A DNA stretch of 64,000 bases, from IMG/VR virus record IMGVR_UViG_3300037420_002493, positions 1 to 64,000 of that record. One strand, given 5' to 3'. The first letter of the stretch is position 1; each line of letters opens with the position of its first letter. The notes beneath the pieces were generated by a model, which saw only the letters and a list, made by a program, of their open reading frames with translations, ran no database searches and was not told the origin of the DNA. Below, in pieces: positions 47,773 through 58,135 of the stretch. Source of the DNA: a virus (taxonomy: Duplodnaviria; Caudoviricetes). A program made the position numbers and the translations under genes.

Positions 47773-48003
47773 TTAATCCTGGCTGTCAATGATATCAGAC
47801 AGGTTTTTAACTTGAGGCGGTATTATCCTTATGGTTTGTAACCATGCATCAGTCAGATCAAGATAATTCAAAATTTGCTGTGTTGGCTGTCGATCGCTGT
47901 TCGGCGCAATCCAGTGATAGACCGTCGTAGGGTTGACGCCTAGAAAGTCGGCAAGCTGTAAACCAGTGATGCCATATTTTTCGATAAATTCTTTCGGGTG
48001 CAA
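47773..48003 (-). CDS. Cro-like HTH protein
   Basis: GITGLQLADFLGVNPTTVYHW. Confidence 0.8.
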   Translation of the reverse strand: MHPKEFIEKYGITGLQLADFLGVNPTTVYHWIAPNSDRQPTQQILNYLDLTDAWLQTIRIIPPQVKNLSDIIDSQD

Positions 48004-48004
48004 G

Positions 48005-48652
48005 CTACAAACCTCGTTGCTTCAGCAGTGCGATCGCATCCGCTTTCGATGCGATTTCCATTCTGTACAGATCGCACCCATCTGGCATACTTTCTCCGGA
48101 TTTCACCCGACTGAAGCCCATTAGACCCAAAATTCTCGCGCCGATTTCGTATTCCGCGATCGAGAAGATGGTAAGCGGAAAGGCGATATGACCTGACTCG
48201 AGCCAATAACGCAACCCCTGACGCAGCAACGGACGTAAGAACGGGTTTTCTGCCCCTCAAACTGGCTCAACAGCAACAATCCCACTGGCATACCAAAACG
48301 ACTGAGGCGATTCTTGGCACTCCTGAACTGACACAGGCTGCAAAACAGATTCATGAATCTCGCCATTTTGAAACGAAATTGCCATCTCAGCGGCGATCGG
48401 GTAAATGCCGATGCTGGCTTGAATCTGATCGTTGGCAAGCAAAACTCGACTGCCGAACGGGTAAAGCTCCCACCATTGCTTGAATCGCTCAAAGGACAGG
48501 GAGCACTCTTGGTAAGCGTCCTGGTCAATCACAAACAGTTCTTCGAGTCGTTGTAGGCTTTCTACGGGTTGCATAACGTAGCGGTGAGGTTGACTTAGAA
48601 GCGACTCTAGCGACTGACAAGCGGTAATGTTTGGAGACACCAGGATCGACAT
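48005..48652 (-). pseudogene. GNAT-like protein interrupted by one in-frame TGA at 48257-48259
   Basis: The two ORF-track pieces are in the same frame: ...VEPV*GAENPFLRPLLRQGL... Confidence 0.65.
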
Positions 48653-48771
48653 GGCTTATGGCAAAAAGACAGTGCCCTCAGCATATCCATGCCACCTCTA
48701 AAATGTCAAAAAGCCCGATCGACACTTCCATCGATCGAGCTTCTTAGCAAATCGGTCATACGTGACCGATT

Positions 48772-48969
48772 TCAGAGTTTTCCATCGGCTCTCAACTTTT
48801 CCTCAACCGCTTGCCGAATGTAGTCCTGATGGTTGGGAATCAACCGCAACGCTTCATCTACATCCACCGGATAGCGCGTTCCAATTACTTTTCCTAACGC
48901 CCGATCGCCATGTTTCGGAACCTGTTGCGCTTTGAATTCTGGAGTCTGAACGGGTTGCTTGTTTGCCAT
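48772..48969 (-). CDS. Small RHH-like DNA-binding protein (paralog of 11729-11926)
   Basis: See 11729. Confidence 0.65.
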   Translation of the reverse strand: MANKQPVQTPEFKAQQVPKHGDRALGKVIGTRYPVDVDEALRLIPNHQDYIRQAVEEKLRADGKL

Positions 48970-49159
48970 ATTCTTACCCTGTGATATACGGATGTTAACA
49001 GGGAATCAGGCTATTCTTGAATCAGTAAATTCAAGGGATTTTTTTATTCAGTTTTGACAGAAAGTTCAGTGTAAATACTCCCTGTATCCGTTGTTAACAA
49101 GGAATACAATAGAAGCATGAGAGGAAAACACTCTACCCTCTCATCAGGAGGTGAAGACC

Positions 49160-49351
49160 ATGACACAGGCTGGAGGTAACGGGCATAAGCCAGATGTTGA
49201 TTCCGACGACATCACAGTTTATGAACCCGCGTCCCTACCAGAGAGCGGTGAACCCATCGGCTGGTACGAAACCGATCCGAAGGGTGAAGAGGGAGAAATC
49301 ACTCCCAACCTACCGCCCGAACTCGATGACGACACCGAATCGTCGAACTAG
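49160..49351 (+). CDS. Small acidic low-complexity protein
   Basis: Strong AGGAGG RBS; D/E/P-rich. Confidence 0.6.
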   Translation: MTQAGGNGHKPDVDSDDITVYEPASLPESGEPIGWYETDPKGEEGEITPNLPPELDDDTESSN

Positions 49352-49413
49352 CGCCTAGCTAGACAGCCCTCAAGCTCACTTTGGGGGCTGCCCCTCTATC
49401 ACGGAGTATAGCA

Positions 49414-49731
49414 ATGTCAGATTCAAATGTGACTCATCCTGATTACATCCGTATCGTGGAACGAGTGCCAGAAGGATGGATGTTCAAAAAAGGTCGATTG
49501 GTCTATAAGCGGTTGCCGATCGCTAGCGCCGATTTAGATAATCTTGAATTGATGTACGGAATCTCGAAGCAGCAAGTGACCATTGAACTATTCCGCATCA
49601 ATGGCGGCAAAGCAGGCTACTACCTGGCAGACTTGCGGCACAAACAGTACTACTACTGTGGAACTGAGACAGAAGACATCAAAGCGGTGCTTCTGAAGCT
49701 TGGGATTGGACGCGCTGACCCAATGAACTGA
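49414..49731 (+). CDS. Hypothetical protein
   Basis: 105 aa, GGAG RBS. Confidence 0.65.
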   Translation: MSDSNVTHPDYIRIVERVPEGWMFKKGRLVYKRLPIASADLDNLELMYGISKQQVTIELFRINGGKAGYYLADLRHKQYYYCGTETEDIKAVLLKLGIGRADPMN

Positions 49732-49837
49732 TGGAAGGTGAATTATCCCGATCGTCTCCTATCAAATCGGTCAGCGTGACCGATTGTGACATCACGCAAT
49801 AGGGCATACTCAAGCCGACCCCTCAACTCCATCCCCA

Positions 49838-50047
49838 ATGACCGACCCCCTATCACCCTTCACGATTCGCCCTAAGAAACTGTTGATTCCCCTGCTGGTC
49901 TCGCTATCAGCACTTGGCGTTCTAGCGGTAACAATCGTGTTCTCCTACCATCCGGTGATGGTCTGGCTCAATCACGGGCAATGGTGCGCGGATGTAACCG
50001 GAGAAGCTAAGGTCGTAGCGGTTCACTATGGGGCTGATTGCGATTGA
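49838..50047 (+). CDS. Small membrane protein
   Basis: One TM helix, two C-terminal Cys. Confidence 0.45.
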   Translation: MTDPLSPFTIRPKKLLIPLLVSLSALGVLAVTIVFSYHPVMVWLNHGQWCADVTGEAKVVAVHYGADCD

Positions 50048-50217
50048 GGGGTGGGGAGTGTCGATCGCATCTTCTAAACCGTCGATCGCACCAGTTGAAA
50101 CACCTCCGATTTGAAATCGGAACTGAGGGGTGCGATCGCACCTTCCAACCCAAGCGATCGCATCTTCCAATCTGGCGATCGCACCCCTCACAAATCGGTC
50201 ACGTCTGACCGATTTCA

Positions 50218-51844
50218 AAAGCGACAATGGTTATCCTTCTACAGCAACTCTGATTGGCTATGAGAGCGAAAACGCCTAGCTTTGTAACCAATATCCCCCT
50301 GAGAGTCAGCCCCTCAGAGGAGCAAATCTTGTTGACTCGACTGGAAGCAGGTCGCCAACTCTACAATGCCTGCCTGGGAGAAGCGATTAAGCGAGTAGGA
50401 CTTTACAAACAATCGAAGCTCTACCAGCTCGCTAAGACATTGCCGAAAGGGAAGGAACGAACCAAAGCCTTTCAAGCCGCACGGGAATCTGCGGGCTACA
50501 CCGAATACGCTCTGCACTCCTACGCAACCCAAATCCGCAATGGTGGAGGTAAATGGATTGCAAAACACATTGATGCCAATACTGCTCAGAAACTTGCAAC
50601 TCGCGCATTTGAAGCAACAGAACGGGTCAATTTTGGCAAAGCTAAAAAGGTTCGATTCAAGAGCAAGAATCAGCTTGACAGCCTGGAAGGAAAGACCAGC
50701 ACAAGGGGAATTCGCTGGAAGAATGAGCAAGTCCATTGGTCAGGATTGGTTTTGAACCCGCTGATTGATGAGAATGATCCGGTTGTCCTGCACGGATTGA
50801 ATAGTCCTGTCAAATATGTTCGTTTGGTGCGTCGTAAAGTCAGAGGGCAAAATTTGTTCTATGTGCAATTAATCAACGAAGGGCAGCCTTTCCGGAAGCC
50901 CAAACACCAAATGAGAGAAGGTGTTGTTGGATTGGATATTGGAACATCCACCATTGCCATTGTTGGAGGTGGACAAGCCGAACTGAAACCGTTTTGCAAT
51001 GAATTGGCAGACAGGCATAAAGAGATTCGGCAGTTGCAACGCAAAATGGAACGGCAACGCAGAGCCAACAATCCCGATAATTTTGAGCCTGATTCTATCG
51101 ATTCCAAAGAACGCAAGAAGAAAGGGAAGGTCAAGAAGGGTGCAAGGCATTGGAAACACTCAAAGACCTATCTCAAAACCCGTCAGCGCAAGGCAGAGAT
51201 TGAGCGTCAACTGACGGCACACAGAAAAAGTTTGCAGAACCAGCTTGCCCATGAGGTATTCAGTTTGGGTAATGTGGTGAAGCTAGAAAAGCTTTCGTAC
51301 AGAGCCTTCCAACGGATGTACGGGAAGTCGGTGGGCAGACGTGCCCCCGGTATGTTTGTAGAACGGTTGCGACGGATAGCTGAAACTGCTGCGTCAGCCA
51401 CCGTATTTGAGTTTCCAACCAGGGAAACCAAACTATCTCAACGTTGTCTCTGTGGTCGAATCCACAAAAAATCGCTCTCTCAACGAGTACACCAGTGCGA
51501 GTGCGGCATTGTTGCCCAACGGGATCTGTTCAGCGGATTCTTAGGGCAATTTGTGGATCTTGAAACCGCCTGTTTCAATGCGACCCTTGCAAATCAAGTC
51601 TGGGGTCAAGGTTGGGACACCATCCTGATGACGGCTTGGCAACAGGCGACCACGCTCTATAACCAATCTTCGATAGGGAGGCTAAATGCCAACCAACGTG
51701 GCGACAATGCTGCGTCGGAGAAGATCGTCTCGAAAGCTTTAGGGGAACGTTTTAAGACCCAGGATGCTGTAGCCTTGCGCGAGAGCCTGGGGGAAAAACT
51801 GATAACCTAAAGAACCCCCGCATTCTATGCGCGGGGAGTCGTCA
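50218..51844 (+). mobile_element. Non-autonomous IS200/IS605-family (IS1341-like) element, tnpB only
   Basis: tnpB followed by right-end hairpin CCCCCGCA-TTCTA-TGCGCGGGG and terminal ..GTCA (51844); left boundary inferred; no tnpA. Confidence 0.7.
50260..51810 (+). CDS. tnpB: TnpB RNA-guided endonuclease
   Basis: RuvC VGLDIG (D), VKLEKL (E), QRD (D); C.CG...C.C zinc finger. Confidence 0.92.
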   Translation: MRAKTPSFVTNIPLRVSPSEEQILLTRLEAGRQLYNACLGEAIKRVGLYKQSKLYQLAKTLPKGKERTKAFQAARESAGYTEYALHSYATQIRNGGGKWIAKHIDANTAQKLATRAFEATERVNFGKAKKVRFKSKNQLDSLEGKTSTRGIRWKNEQVHWSGLVLNPLIDENDPVVLHGLNSPVKYVRLVRRKVRGQNLFYVQLINEGQPFRKPKHQMREGVVGLDIGTSTIAIVGGGQAELKPFCNELADRHKEIRQLQRKMERQRRANNPDNFEPDSIDSKERKKKGKVKKGARHWKHSKTYLKTRQRKAEIERQLTAHRKSLQNQLAHEVFSLGNVVKLEKLSYRAFQRMYGKSVGRRAPGMFVERLRRIAETAASATVFEFPTRETKLSQRCLCGRIHKKSLSQRVHQCECGIVAQRDLFSGFLGQFVDLETACFNATLANQVWGQGWDTILMTAWQQATTLYNQSSIGRLNANQRGDNAASEKIVSKALGERFKTQDAVALRESLGEKLIT

Positions 51845-52231
51845 GGAAGCAACCTTCTCAACCGCCCTACTCCGCTTTCCACCTCTCCGTTTCCGCGTCT
51901 TTTTCACCCGTGTGACAGGTTTACTCTTACAATCCTTCAAATCTGCTTCCTGCACAGCCTTAGACGCGATTTTCTCATCTGTGACAGCAGCCGGAATTTG
52001 CATCTCTAAAACCTTCGCTACAGCCCGCAATTGCCCTTCCAAATGTGCGGGCAATCGGATTGTCTTGGTGGGCGATGTGAAAGTGTGACACGCTTTGGGA
52101 AATTCGAGCCAGTGCGCGGGCAATATCGCGTGATTGCCATCGACTACAACGGTCGCGTGATGGGCGTCGAAAGCTCCGAGGAAATGGGCAGATTGGTTTG
52201 TGAAATAGCCTTGGGTAACTGTGACAAGCAT
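51842..52231 (-). CDS. Hypothetical protein with basic C-tail
   Basis: 129 aa; its TGA is the terminal TCA of the IS right end. Confidence 0.6.
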   Translation of the reverse strand: MLVTVTQGYFTNQSAHFLGAFDAHHATVVVDGNHAILPAHWLEFPKACHTFTSPTKTIRLPAHLEGQLRAVAKVLEMQIPAAVTDEKIASKAVQEADLKDCKSKPVTRVKKTRKRRGGKRSRAVEKVAS

Positions 52232-52463
52232 TGCTGATCCGGGTAGGGGTGGGATCAGCTTAGACGAAGTTTTGAGAAGTGCGATCGTGGGTTTTGGGGT
52301 GGGCGATCGTGGGTTTTAGAAGACGCAGCAAGAGTGCAAGTTTAAAGGGCTAACAGCTTAAGAGAAGAGATGGTCACAAATTGCCCACTTTCGCAGCCCA
52401 TCTCTAACGGAGACTCCTAACCATGAGGAGTCAACGGACCCTCTTAAACTTGCAACGAAAGTA

Positions 52464-52670
52464 ATGAAAACAATAAAACGCCCAATTTTCAAGATTTCTA
52501 GCCGCTTTGCTCAATTTGTAGTTACAGCACTAGCAGCAGGACTGTTTACCGCGATCGTGATGCAATACCCCGGACTCATTGATGTACAGGTGAGTCCAAC
52601 TGGTGGTCATATTACGATCGATGGACGCTCAACCGTTCAACCCGCTCTACCTCCGCGTGACCAAATGTAA
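52464..52670 (+). CDS. Small single-TM protein
   Basis: 68 aa. Confidence 0.5.
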   Translation: MKTIKRPIFKISSRFAQFVVTALAAGLFTAIVMQYPGLIDVQVSPTGGHITIDGRSTVQPALPPRDQM

Positions 52671-52756
52671 GGCTTAAGACTAAGGGGGAGTAACCTTGCT
52701 CTCCCTTAGAGCCGCTTCCCCGAGGTTACCGTAATCAATTACGGTGAGCAGTGTAA

Positions 52757-53551
52757 TTAAATGCCTTGGATCTCGGTCATGCTCCTGTACTGACGCCATC
52801 CCCGAAAATTCTTGGAAAGTTCATCGTAGCTCGCAACGGCACAATGCTCGAATGGGGATAGATGCCCATTTTCTAGCAACGAATCGTGCAACTTCTGATC
52901 AGCTTCGTAACTGTATTCACCCAGGTGGGTGCTGTAACTTAGTCGAGCGCATCGAGCGGTAGCCACTTTCAACTTTTGCCTGATCGTCAAGCTGGCACAA
53001 AAATCATCGTCCGCAAACGGAATGTGCCATTCATGCAGCTTGAGCGGAATTGGTTGGTGCTCCTTGCGTAGTCTCAGCATCTCGACCGCGTATTCCCTAA
53101 ATTCGGGCTGTGCGGTTGGATGGGTTCGCAGTTTAAAGAAATTCTCCCATTCGGTTGCCGAAACGATGACAGGCACCTTCATGAACGGTTCTAGAAGCCG
53201 GTTTGCATTCTGTTTATGAATGCCGATCGCAATTAGCTCATAGACCTGCTCTACAGCAGCATCAAGAGCTTTCAGCCAAACATCTCTAGCAATGCGAATC
53301 TCATGCGGCTGCAAGTCCTCAACACCCTGCATTCCTTTCTGATTGCGGGTGAAATGTGGGATGAATGGGTCTGCTTTGACCTTCTCAATCATCTTCTCGA
53401 TCGGGATAGCGCGAGATGATGCCGCATTGCGTGAGAACATCCGGTGCGTGTTTAATTCAGCAAGCAGACACTTCGGGAAATCCGAAATTAGAAACGTCGT
53501 GAGCCGATTGCCGTAGGGGTTGATTGAATCCGCCAGAATTTTAATTTGCAT
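52757..53551 (-). CDS. thyX: FAD-dependent thymidylate synthase
   Basis: THRMFSRNAASSRA (RHRxxSxxxxSxR-type), AQPE, ARCARLSY, HLSPFEH. Confidence 0.88.
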   Translation of the reverse strand: MQIKILADSINPYGNRLTTFLISDFPKCLLAELNTHRMFSRNAASSRAIPIEKMIEKVKADPFIPHFTRNQKGMQGVEDLQPHEIRIARDVWLKALDAAVEQVYELIAIGIHKQNANRLLEPFMKVPVIVSATEWENFFKLRTHPTAQPEFREYAVEMLRLRKEHQPIPLKLHEWHIPFADDDFCASLTIRQKLKVATARCARLSYSTHLGEYSYEADQKLHDSLLENGHLSPFEHCAVASYDELSKNFRGWRQYRSMTEIQGI

Positions 53552-53552
53552 C

Positions 53553-53984
53553 TCAGAATTTCCGGGAGTCTAATGAGTAACTGATCTCGGCAATCAAATC
53601 AAACAGGTCTTTTAGGTCAAATGCGGGTTTTCCTATCCCGATCGACCACAGGAGACGCGTCATAAAACTGGGGTTGATTTGGTTGAAGGTTTGGCGAATG
53701 GCGTACCATCGTGCTTTACTCAAACACTTCTCGATCGAGTCTTTCTCTCCCAGTCGCCACAGATACTTAACAAGGCAGGCTTCAGAGAAGTTCAACTTGT
53801 TCGCCTCAATGAAGTTGATGCACTTCATCTCAAGTTCTTCGGGCGTCAACCTCAAATACAGCAGAAAAGGTCTACCTGCATCCGACACCCTTTCGTATCG
53901 GCTTGGGTTATGAACATCAGTATTAGAGGAGATTTCGCTGTCTGTGTCGAATTGCTTGAGATATTGCTCGAAGGTTAGCGCCAT
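53553..53984 (-). CDS. DUF3310-like protein
   Basis: V.NP..Y ... C..FI....F.E....KYLWR.G.K...E.L.KA.WY. Confidence 0.7.
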   Translation of the reverse strand: MALTFEQYLKQFDTDSEISSNTDVHNPSRYERVSDAGRPFLLYLRLTPEELEMKCINFIEANKLNFSEACLVKYLWRLGEKDSIEKCLSKARWYAIRQTFNQINPSFMTRLLWSIGIGKPAFDLKDLFDLIAEISYSLDSRKF

Positions 53985-54289
53985 AGGTTCAGGGGTTAAA
54001 AAGCAATCTATGTGTAAAAGAGTTTAGTTGACAAATTGAGTTTGGTTGACAGCGCCATTATGTCAACTAAACTCGCATTCACCAGTATCGATCGACATCA
54101 AACCTTCTTCAATATCCTCGTCAATATCCACCAATGTTTCTGCTCCTTCTCAAACCAGCAAAATGTATGGAGTGGCAAATCAAATGGTTTTTCACAGACG
54201 ATCGCAACTCTATTGGTCGGAGTAATAACCCGATCGTCCTTAAAAAATATCGTTGTTGATTGCGTTGCCGTCTTCATAGATCAAATCGG

Positions 54290-54532
54290 TCACGTCTGAC
54301 CGATTTGGGAGAGGTGCGATCGCTGGAAACCTTCTTCTAATTCCTGCATTGCGCGTTGCGATCGCTTCACTCGCTTCTCATATCCAGAGCGATCGCACTC
54401 GTGTTCTGTCCAGTCGAGGTTATAACTCTTCGACTTGCCATACACAAAGCGCCACTGGATGTCTGCTGAGCAGAATCGACAGATTTGAGTTTTCGTTGGT
54501 TTTTGCGTTTGATCGACTTCGTCCATCATCAA
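54290..54532 (-). CDS. Hypothetical protein (possible zinc binding)
   Basis: C..C...H.C; stop supplied by palindrome 54283. Confidence 0.55.
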   Translation of the reverse strand: MMMDEVDQTQKPTKTQICRFCSADIQWRFVYGKSKSYNLDWTEHECDRSGYEKRVKRSQRAMQELEEGFQRSHLSQIGQT

Positions 54533-54735
54533 TCCTCCAAGACGAGTGTTTGTGTATGACGCTGTTCTACAAAACGTTGCGATTCTCGAATTTGCTGAAC
54601 GTGCTGCTCAAAATTTAACTTTGAACTTGCTAATTCAGGGAAATATTTTCGCAAGGCAAGGGCGATCGCTACAGGATCAGAACCGGCAGCCACGATCGCG
54701 GCTTTACCTTCGGAATTAAACTCTACGGTATTCAT
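54529..54735 (-). CDS. Hypothetical protein
   Basis: 68 aa coupled to dnaB. Confidence 0.5.
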   Translation of the reverse strand: MNTVEFNSEGKAAIVAAGSDPVAIALALRKYFPELASSKLNFEQHVQQIRESQRFVEQRHTQTLVLED

Positions 54736-56099
54736 GAGCTTACCAAATTTCTAAACCGAGTAAATTGGGGTTCAAATAGCAATTTCACAGTTCCAACCGG
54801 ACCGTTGCGCTGCTTTGTGATGATGAGTTCCGTGATTCCCCGATCGACGCTTTCCGGGTTGTAATATTCATCGCGATACAGCATCACCACCACATCCGCG
54901 TCTTGCTCGATCGCACCTGACTCTCTCAGGTCCGACATCATGGGTCGCTTGTCAGAGCGAGATTCAACACTACGGCTTAACTGCGATAGAACAACGATCG
55001 GAACGTCTAGTTCACGAGCCAACGCTTTCAAAGCGCGGGTAATTTTTGCAATTTCTTGAACTCGGTTTTCGCTGCTGCCTTCCATCAGTTGCAAATAATC
55101 GATCGCGATCATTCCAAGCTGCCCCACTTGAGCCATTAGCTTTCGACTTTTAGATCGGATGGTAGCAACGCTGATTACAGGAGAATCGTCGATGTAGATT
55201 GGTCTTCCTGATAGCTTGCTCACCCCAATACCGAGCTGCTCCCAATCACGATCGCTAACTTTTCCCGTTCGCAGCGCTCCAGAGGTAACACTCGACTCCA
55301 GCGACATAAAGCGCTGTGCAATCTGAGTTTTAGACATCTCTAGACTGAAAATTACAGTTGGTAAATTCAGAGTGCCGACGTGGTTCATTGCGTTCAACAC
55401 CCACGCGGTTTTACCCATCGATGGGCGTCCAGCAACGATAATCAAGTCTTGTCGCTGAAAACCTTGAGTCATGCCATCGAGGTCATAGAACCCTGTGGGG
55501 ATGCCAGGGGGCTTACCCTCCGACTGCAAGAGAGAAATGCTTTCATACTCGCTTTGAACTAAAGAACCAAGCTCTGCAAAATCCTGATTCCTGTCCTGCT
55601 CAAAGACGCCCATCAAAAGTCGTTCAGCTTCGTTCTGAAGTAAATCATCGTTCACCGTCTCGTCATAGGCTAGAGAGGCAATTTGGTGGCAGATAGAAGC
55701 GGTTCTACGCCGCATCCACTTCTTACGAATTGCGTGAGCGTATGCATCAATGTTTGCAGCCGTCATGCAAACTTCGTAAAGTTCAACCAGTCGAGACTTC
55801 CCCCCAACCTTGTCTAGAAGGTTTTGTTCTTGCAGCCAATTCGAGACGGTGAATAAATCTACAGGTTGCTGATTCTGATGAAGCACGATCGCGGCTTTGT
55901 AGGTTTCTTTGTTAGACGAGTAGTAGAAATGCTCTGCTTTCAGAAAGTCTGCGACACGTTCTAGAGCGTTGGGGTCAAACAAGATTCCGCCGATTACAGC
56001 CTCTTCCATTGCTTGCGATGAAGGAGGGGCGGATTGCTGTCTTGTGATGTGGATGACGTTCGATCTGGAGTCGGAGTTATCAGCAGAAAGTTCAGTCAT
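54732..56099 (-). CDS. dnaB: Replicative DNA helicase
   Basis: AGRPSMGKT, FSLEM, IDYLQL, SQLSR.VE.R.DKRP..SDLRESGAIEQDAD, KQRNGPVG. Confidence 0.98.
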   Translation of the reverse strand: MTELSADNSDSRSNVIHITRQQSAPPSSQAMEEAVIGGILFDPNALERVADFLKAEHFYYSSNKETYKAAIVLHQNQQPVDLFTVSNWLQEQNLLDKVGGKSRLVELYEVCMTAANIDAYAHAIRKKWMRRRTASICHQIASLAYDETVNDDLLQNEAERLLMGVFEQDRNQDFAELGSLVQSEYESISLLQSEGKPPGIPTGFYDLDGMTQGFQRQDLIIVAGRPSMGKTAWVLNAMNHVGTLNLPTVIFSLEMSKTQIAQRFMSLESSVTSGALRTGKVSDRDWEQLGIGVSKLSGRPIYIDDSPVISVATIRSKSRKLMAQVGQLGMIAIDYLQLMEGSSENRVQEIAKITRALKALARELDVPIVVLSQLSRSVESRSDKRPMMSDLRESGAIEQDADVVVMLYRDEYYNPESVDRGITELIITKQRNGPVGTVKLLFEPQFTRFRNLVSS

Positions 56100-56151
56100 G
56101 ACGAATCCGGGGTAATTGAGGGTTGATGCTGTAGATGCTCAGGAATTGCTT

Positions 56152-56556
56152 TTAGCTGGCAAATCTTCTTTTGGCTGCTGCCTGCCTTGCTTGCATTTCG
56201 CGTTTAGCTGCCTGTACCATCTCTTGGACGTGGGGAGGTGGAGGGTTGAAGCCTTCTTGCCGCTTGCGGTAAAGCTCGGCTTCTTCTTCAGGGGTAAGAA
56301 CGCGGTATTCCAGTTTGGGTTGCTGCTGTTTGCGGAACTGCAATCCTAAATCAATGAAATCTTTTGGGCGTGGAAGAAAACTGCTGTCTCTGAAAAGTTG
56401 ATTTGCAGCAAAAGTAAACTCTTCGTCGTTCAGCTCTTCAGAAATTAGGTCGTAGTATTTCGCGATCGCTGAATCATCCAGCTTCTTGCTGGTGTTGAAC
56501 ATGATTCGGCTGACAATGTTGAAAAAATGCTCTGCAAAAACTTCTTGGCTAATCAT
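56152..56556 (-). CDS. Putative helicase loader/replication accessory protein
   Basis: Between initiator and dnaB; F.P.P.D motif. Confidence 0.5.
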   Translation of the reverse strand: MISQEVFAEHFFNIVSRIMFNTSKKLDDSAIAKYYDLISEELNDEEFTFAANQLFRDSSFLPRPKDFIDLGLQFRKQQQPKLEYRVLTPEEEAELYRKRQEGFNPPPPHVQEMVQAAKREMQARQAAAKRRFAS

Positions 56557-57782
56557 GACGCTATCTCTGTATGGTTTTCTTTCTGAGCTTTTTCTGCGGC
56601 TCTCATGGAAACTACGCGAAGGAAGCGAGCGCGTTCATCTTGGTTCGCACGATCGCCAGCGCTTTGAGGCTGAAAGGCTGATTGAGGTAATTGAGACTGG
56701 ATTTCTTCACGTCGGCATTCGTCCAGCCAAACAGCATCTTCTAAAAATTTTTTAGCCCCATACATTGCCGCTCTACCTGTCCGAGCTTTGTCTTCCGCGC
56801 ACTTCTTCAGGTAAAGCTCGGTTCCTCTCATGAGTTCAGGAACGCGATCAGACAGGTTTAGTCGTTGAAACGTCGATCGGGCAATATACTCTGGACCCGC
56901 ACGACCATCTAGAGCCAAACTTCCAGTATCAAAAACATTCCACCAAGCCTTGAACGGATCGGATGAGCCTAAGCGCATTCGATCTTCAAAATCCCGTGTT
57001 GGGTTATAAGCCTGCAAAGAATTATTTTCTTCTCGTGAAACTTTTTCGCGGCGCGTCGGAATACTTGTCTCACTAAGAATCTCCCCGTCATAAACGACAG
57101 CCTCTTTGTTTTTTTGACAAGGAACAGGAGTGATTGATTCTCTGGTCTTCGGTCTTGAAAATTCTTTTGATTTTTCTTCTTGAGGGGTGGGGGAGTCTTC
57201 TCTCTCTGTAGAAGTCTCTGGAGTAATTTCTGTATATAGATCAATCTCGATTTCTCGGTTGTCGCTTGCGGTTTTCCCGTCGTCGCTTGCGGTTTCTCGC
57301 TCCTCCTTGACCGATTTTCCGCTATTGCTTAAATTCAAGCTTTCCTTGTGCTTTTCAAGCCAACACCGCACATTGTCTTCCTCAAGAAGAAAGTACCGAG
57401 TTTGGTCAAATTTGTAGCGATCGTTTGGATTCTTGTGAACAGAGATAAATCGCTTTTCGACAAGCAGTTTGATAGAGGATCTAATTTTGTCCTTTTTGTA
57501 AATGCCAAGAATTCCCCTTTGTAATTCGGCTTCGCTGTGAAACTGAAGCAAAGATGTGTCTTGAGTGGGTTCATCCCCGTGAGCCTGAGCAACTTTGTTA
57601 AGATGTCTCGCTTTAGAAGATTGATCAATTTTAATGCTGTGCCAGTATTCAAAAAAACTGAGCAGCATTGCGGCGCAAGGATTATTGTCACAGGCTATAA
57701 CTTGCCATTCACGAACAAGAATGAGTGGCTGTTTCGCGGGGTGGTCAAAACAGAAATTCATTTCAGCGTCCCCCTTCTGCAA
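56553..57782 (-). CDS. Phage replication initiator protein
   Basis: N-terminal wHTH-like region, low-complexity linker with direct repeats, upstream of dnaB. Confidence 0.7.
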   Translation of the reverse strand: MQKGDAEMNFCFDHPAKQPLILVREWQVIACDNNPCAAMLLSFFEYWHSIKIDQSSKARHLNKVAQAHGDEPTQDTSLLQFHSEAELQRGILGIYKKDKIRSSIKLLVEKRFISVHKNPNDRYKFDQTRYFLLEEDNVRCWLEKHKESLNLSNSGKSVKEERETASDDGKTASDNREIEIDLYTEITPETSTEREDSPTPQEEKSKEFSRPKTRESITPVPCQKNKEAVVYDGEILSETSIPTRREKVSREENNSLQAYNPTRDFEDRMRLGSSDPFKAWWNVFDTGSLALDGRAGPEYIARSTFQRLNLSDRVPELMRGTELYLKKCAEDKARTGRAAMYGAKKFLEDAVWLDECRREEIQSQLPQSAFQPQSAGDRANQDERARFLRVVSMRAAEKAQKENHTEIAS

Positions 57783-58135
57783 TCAGTTCGCTTATCTTGT
57801 CTGTCAACTTGTAAAAAGCTTTAGAAATTAAGCGATGGTACTCGCAATGACAGTTAGGGCGAATCACATTGCCTGTGATATTTATTTGTCCTAGCGCTAA
57901 AACGCTGGAAGTCGGGTCTGAGTAGCCTTTCAATGTGTTACACTCCAGTTAGTTGATTGATTGTCGCAAGGCATCATTTAGTGGCGAACTGAAGATATTT
58001 TTGGAAGCGGACTGTTTGCAGCGGTCCGCTTCTGCTTTTAAAGAATCTCATCGATAAAAGATCTGGGATTCATCATTTATCGATTAAATAAACCTAAACT
58101 ATTTTGTGCGGAAACGATCGTTAAGAGTTTGAAAA

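Noticed and set aside
50260-51810. Second TnpB as another Cas12
   Set aside because: No repeats nearby; it has a canonical IS605-type right-end hairpin.
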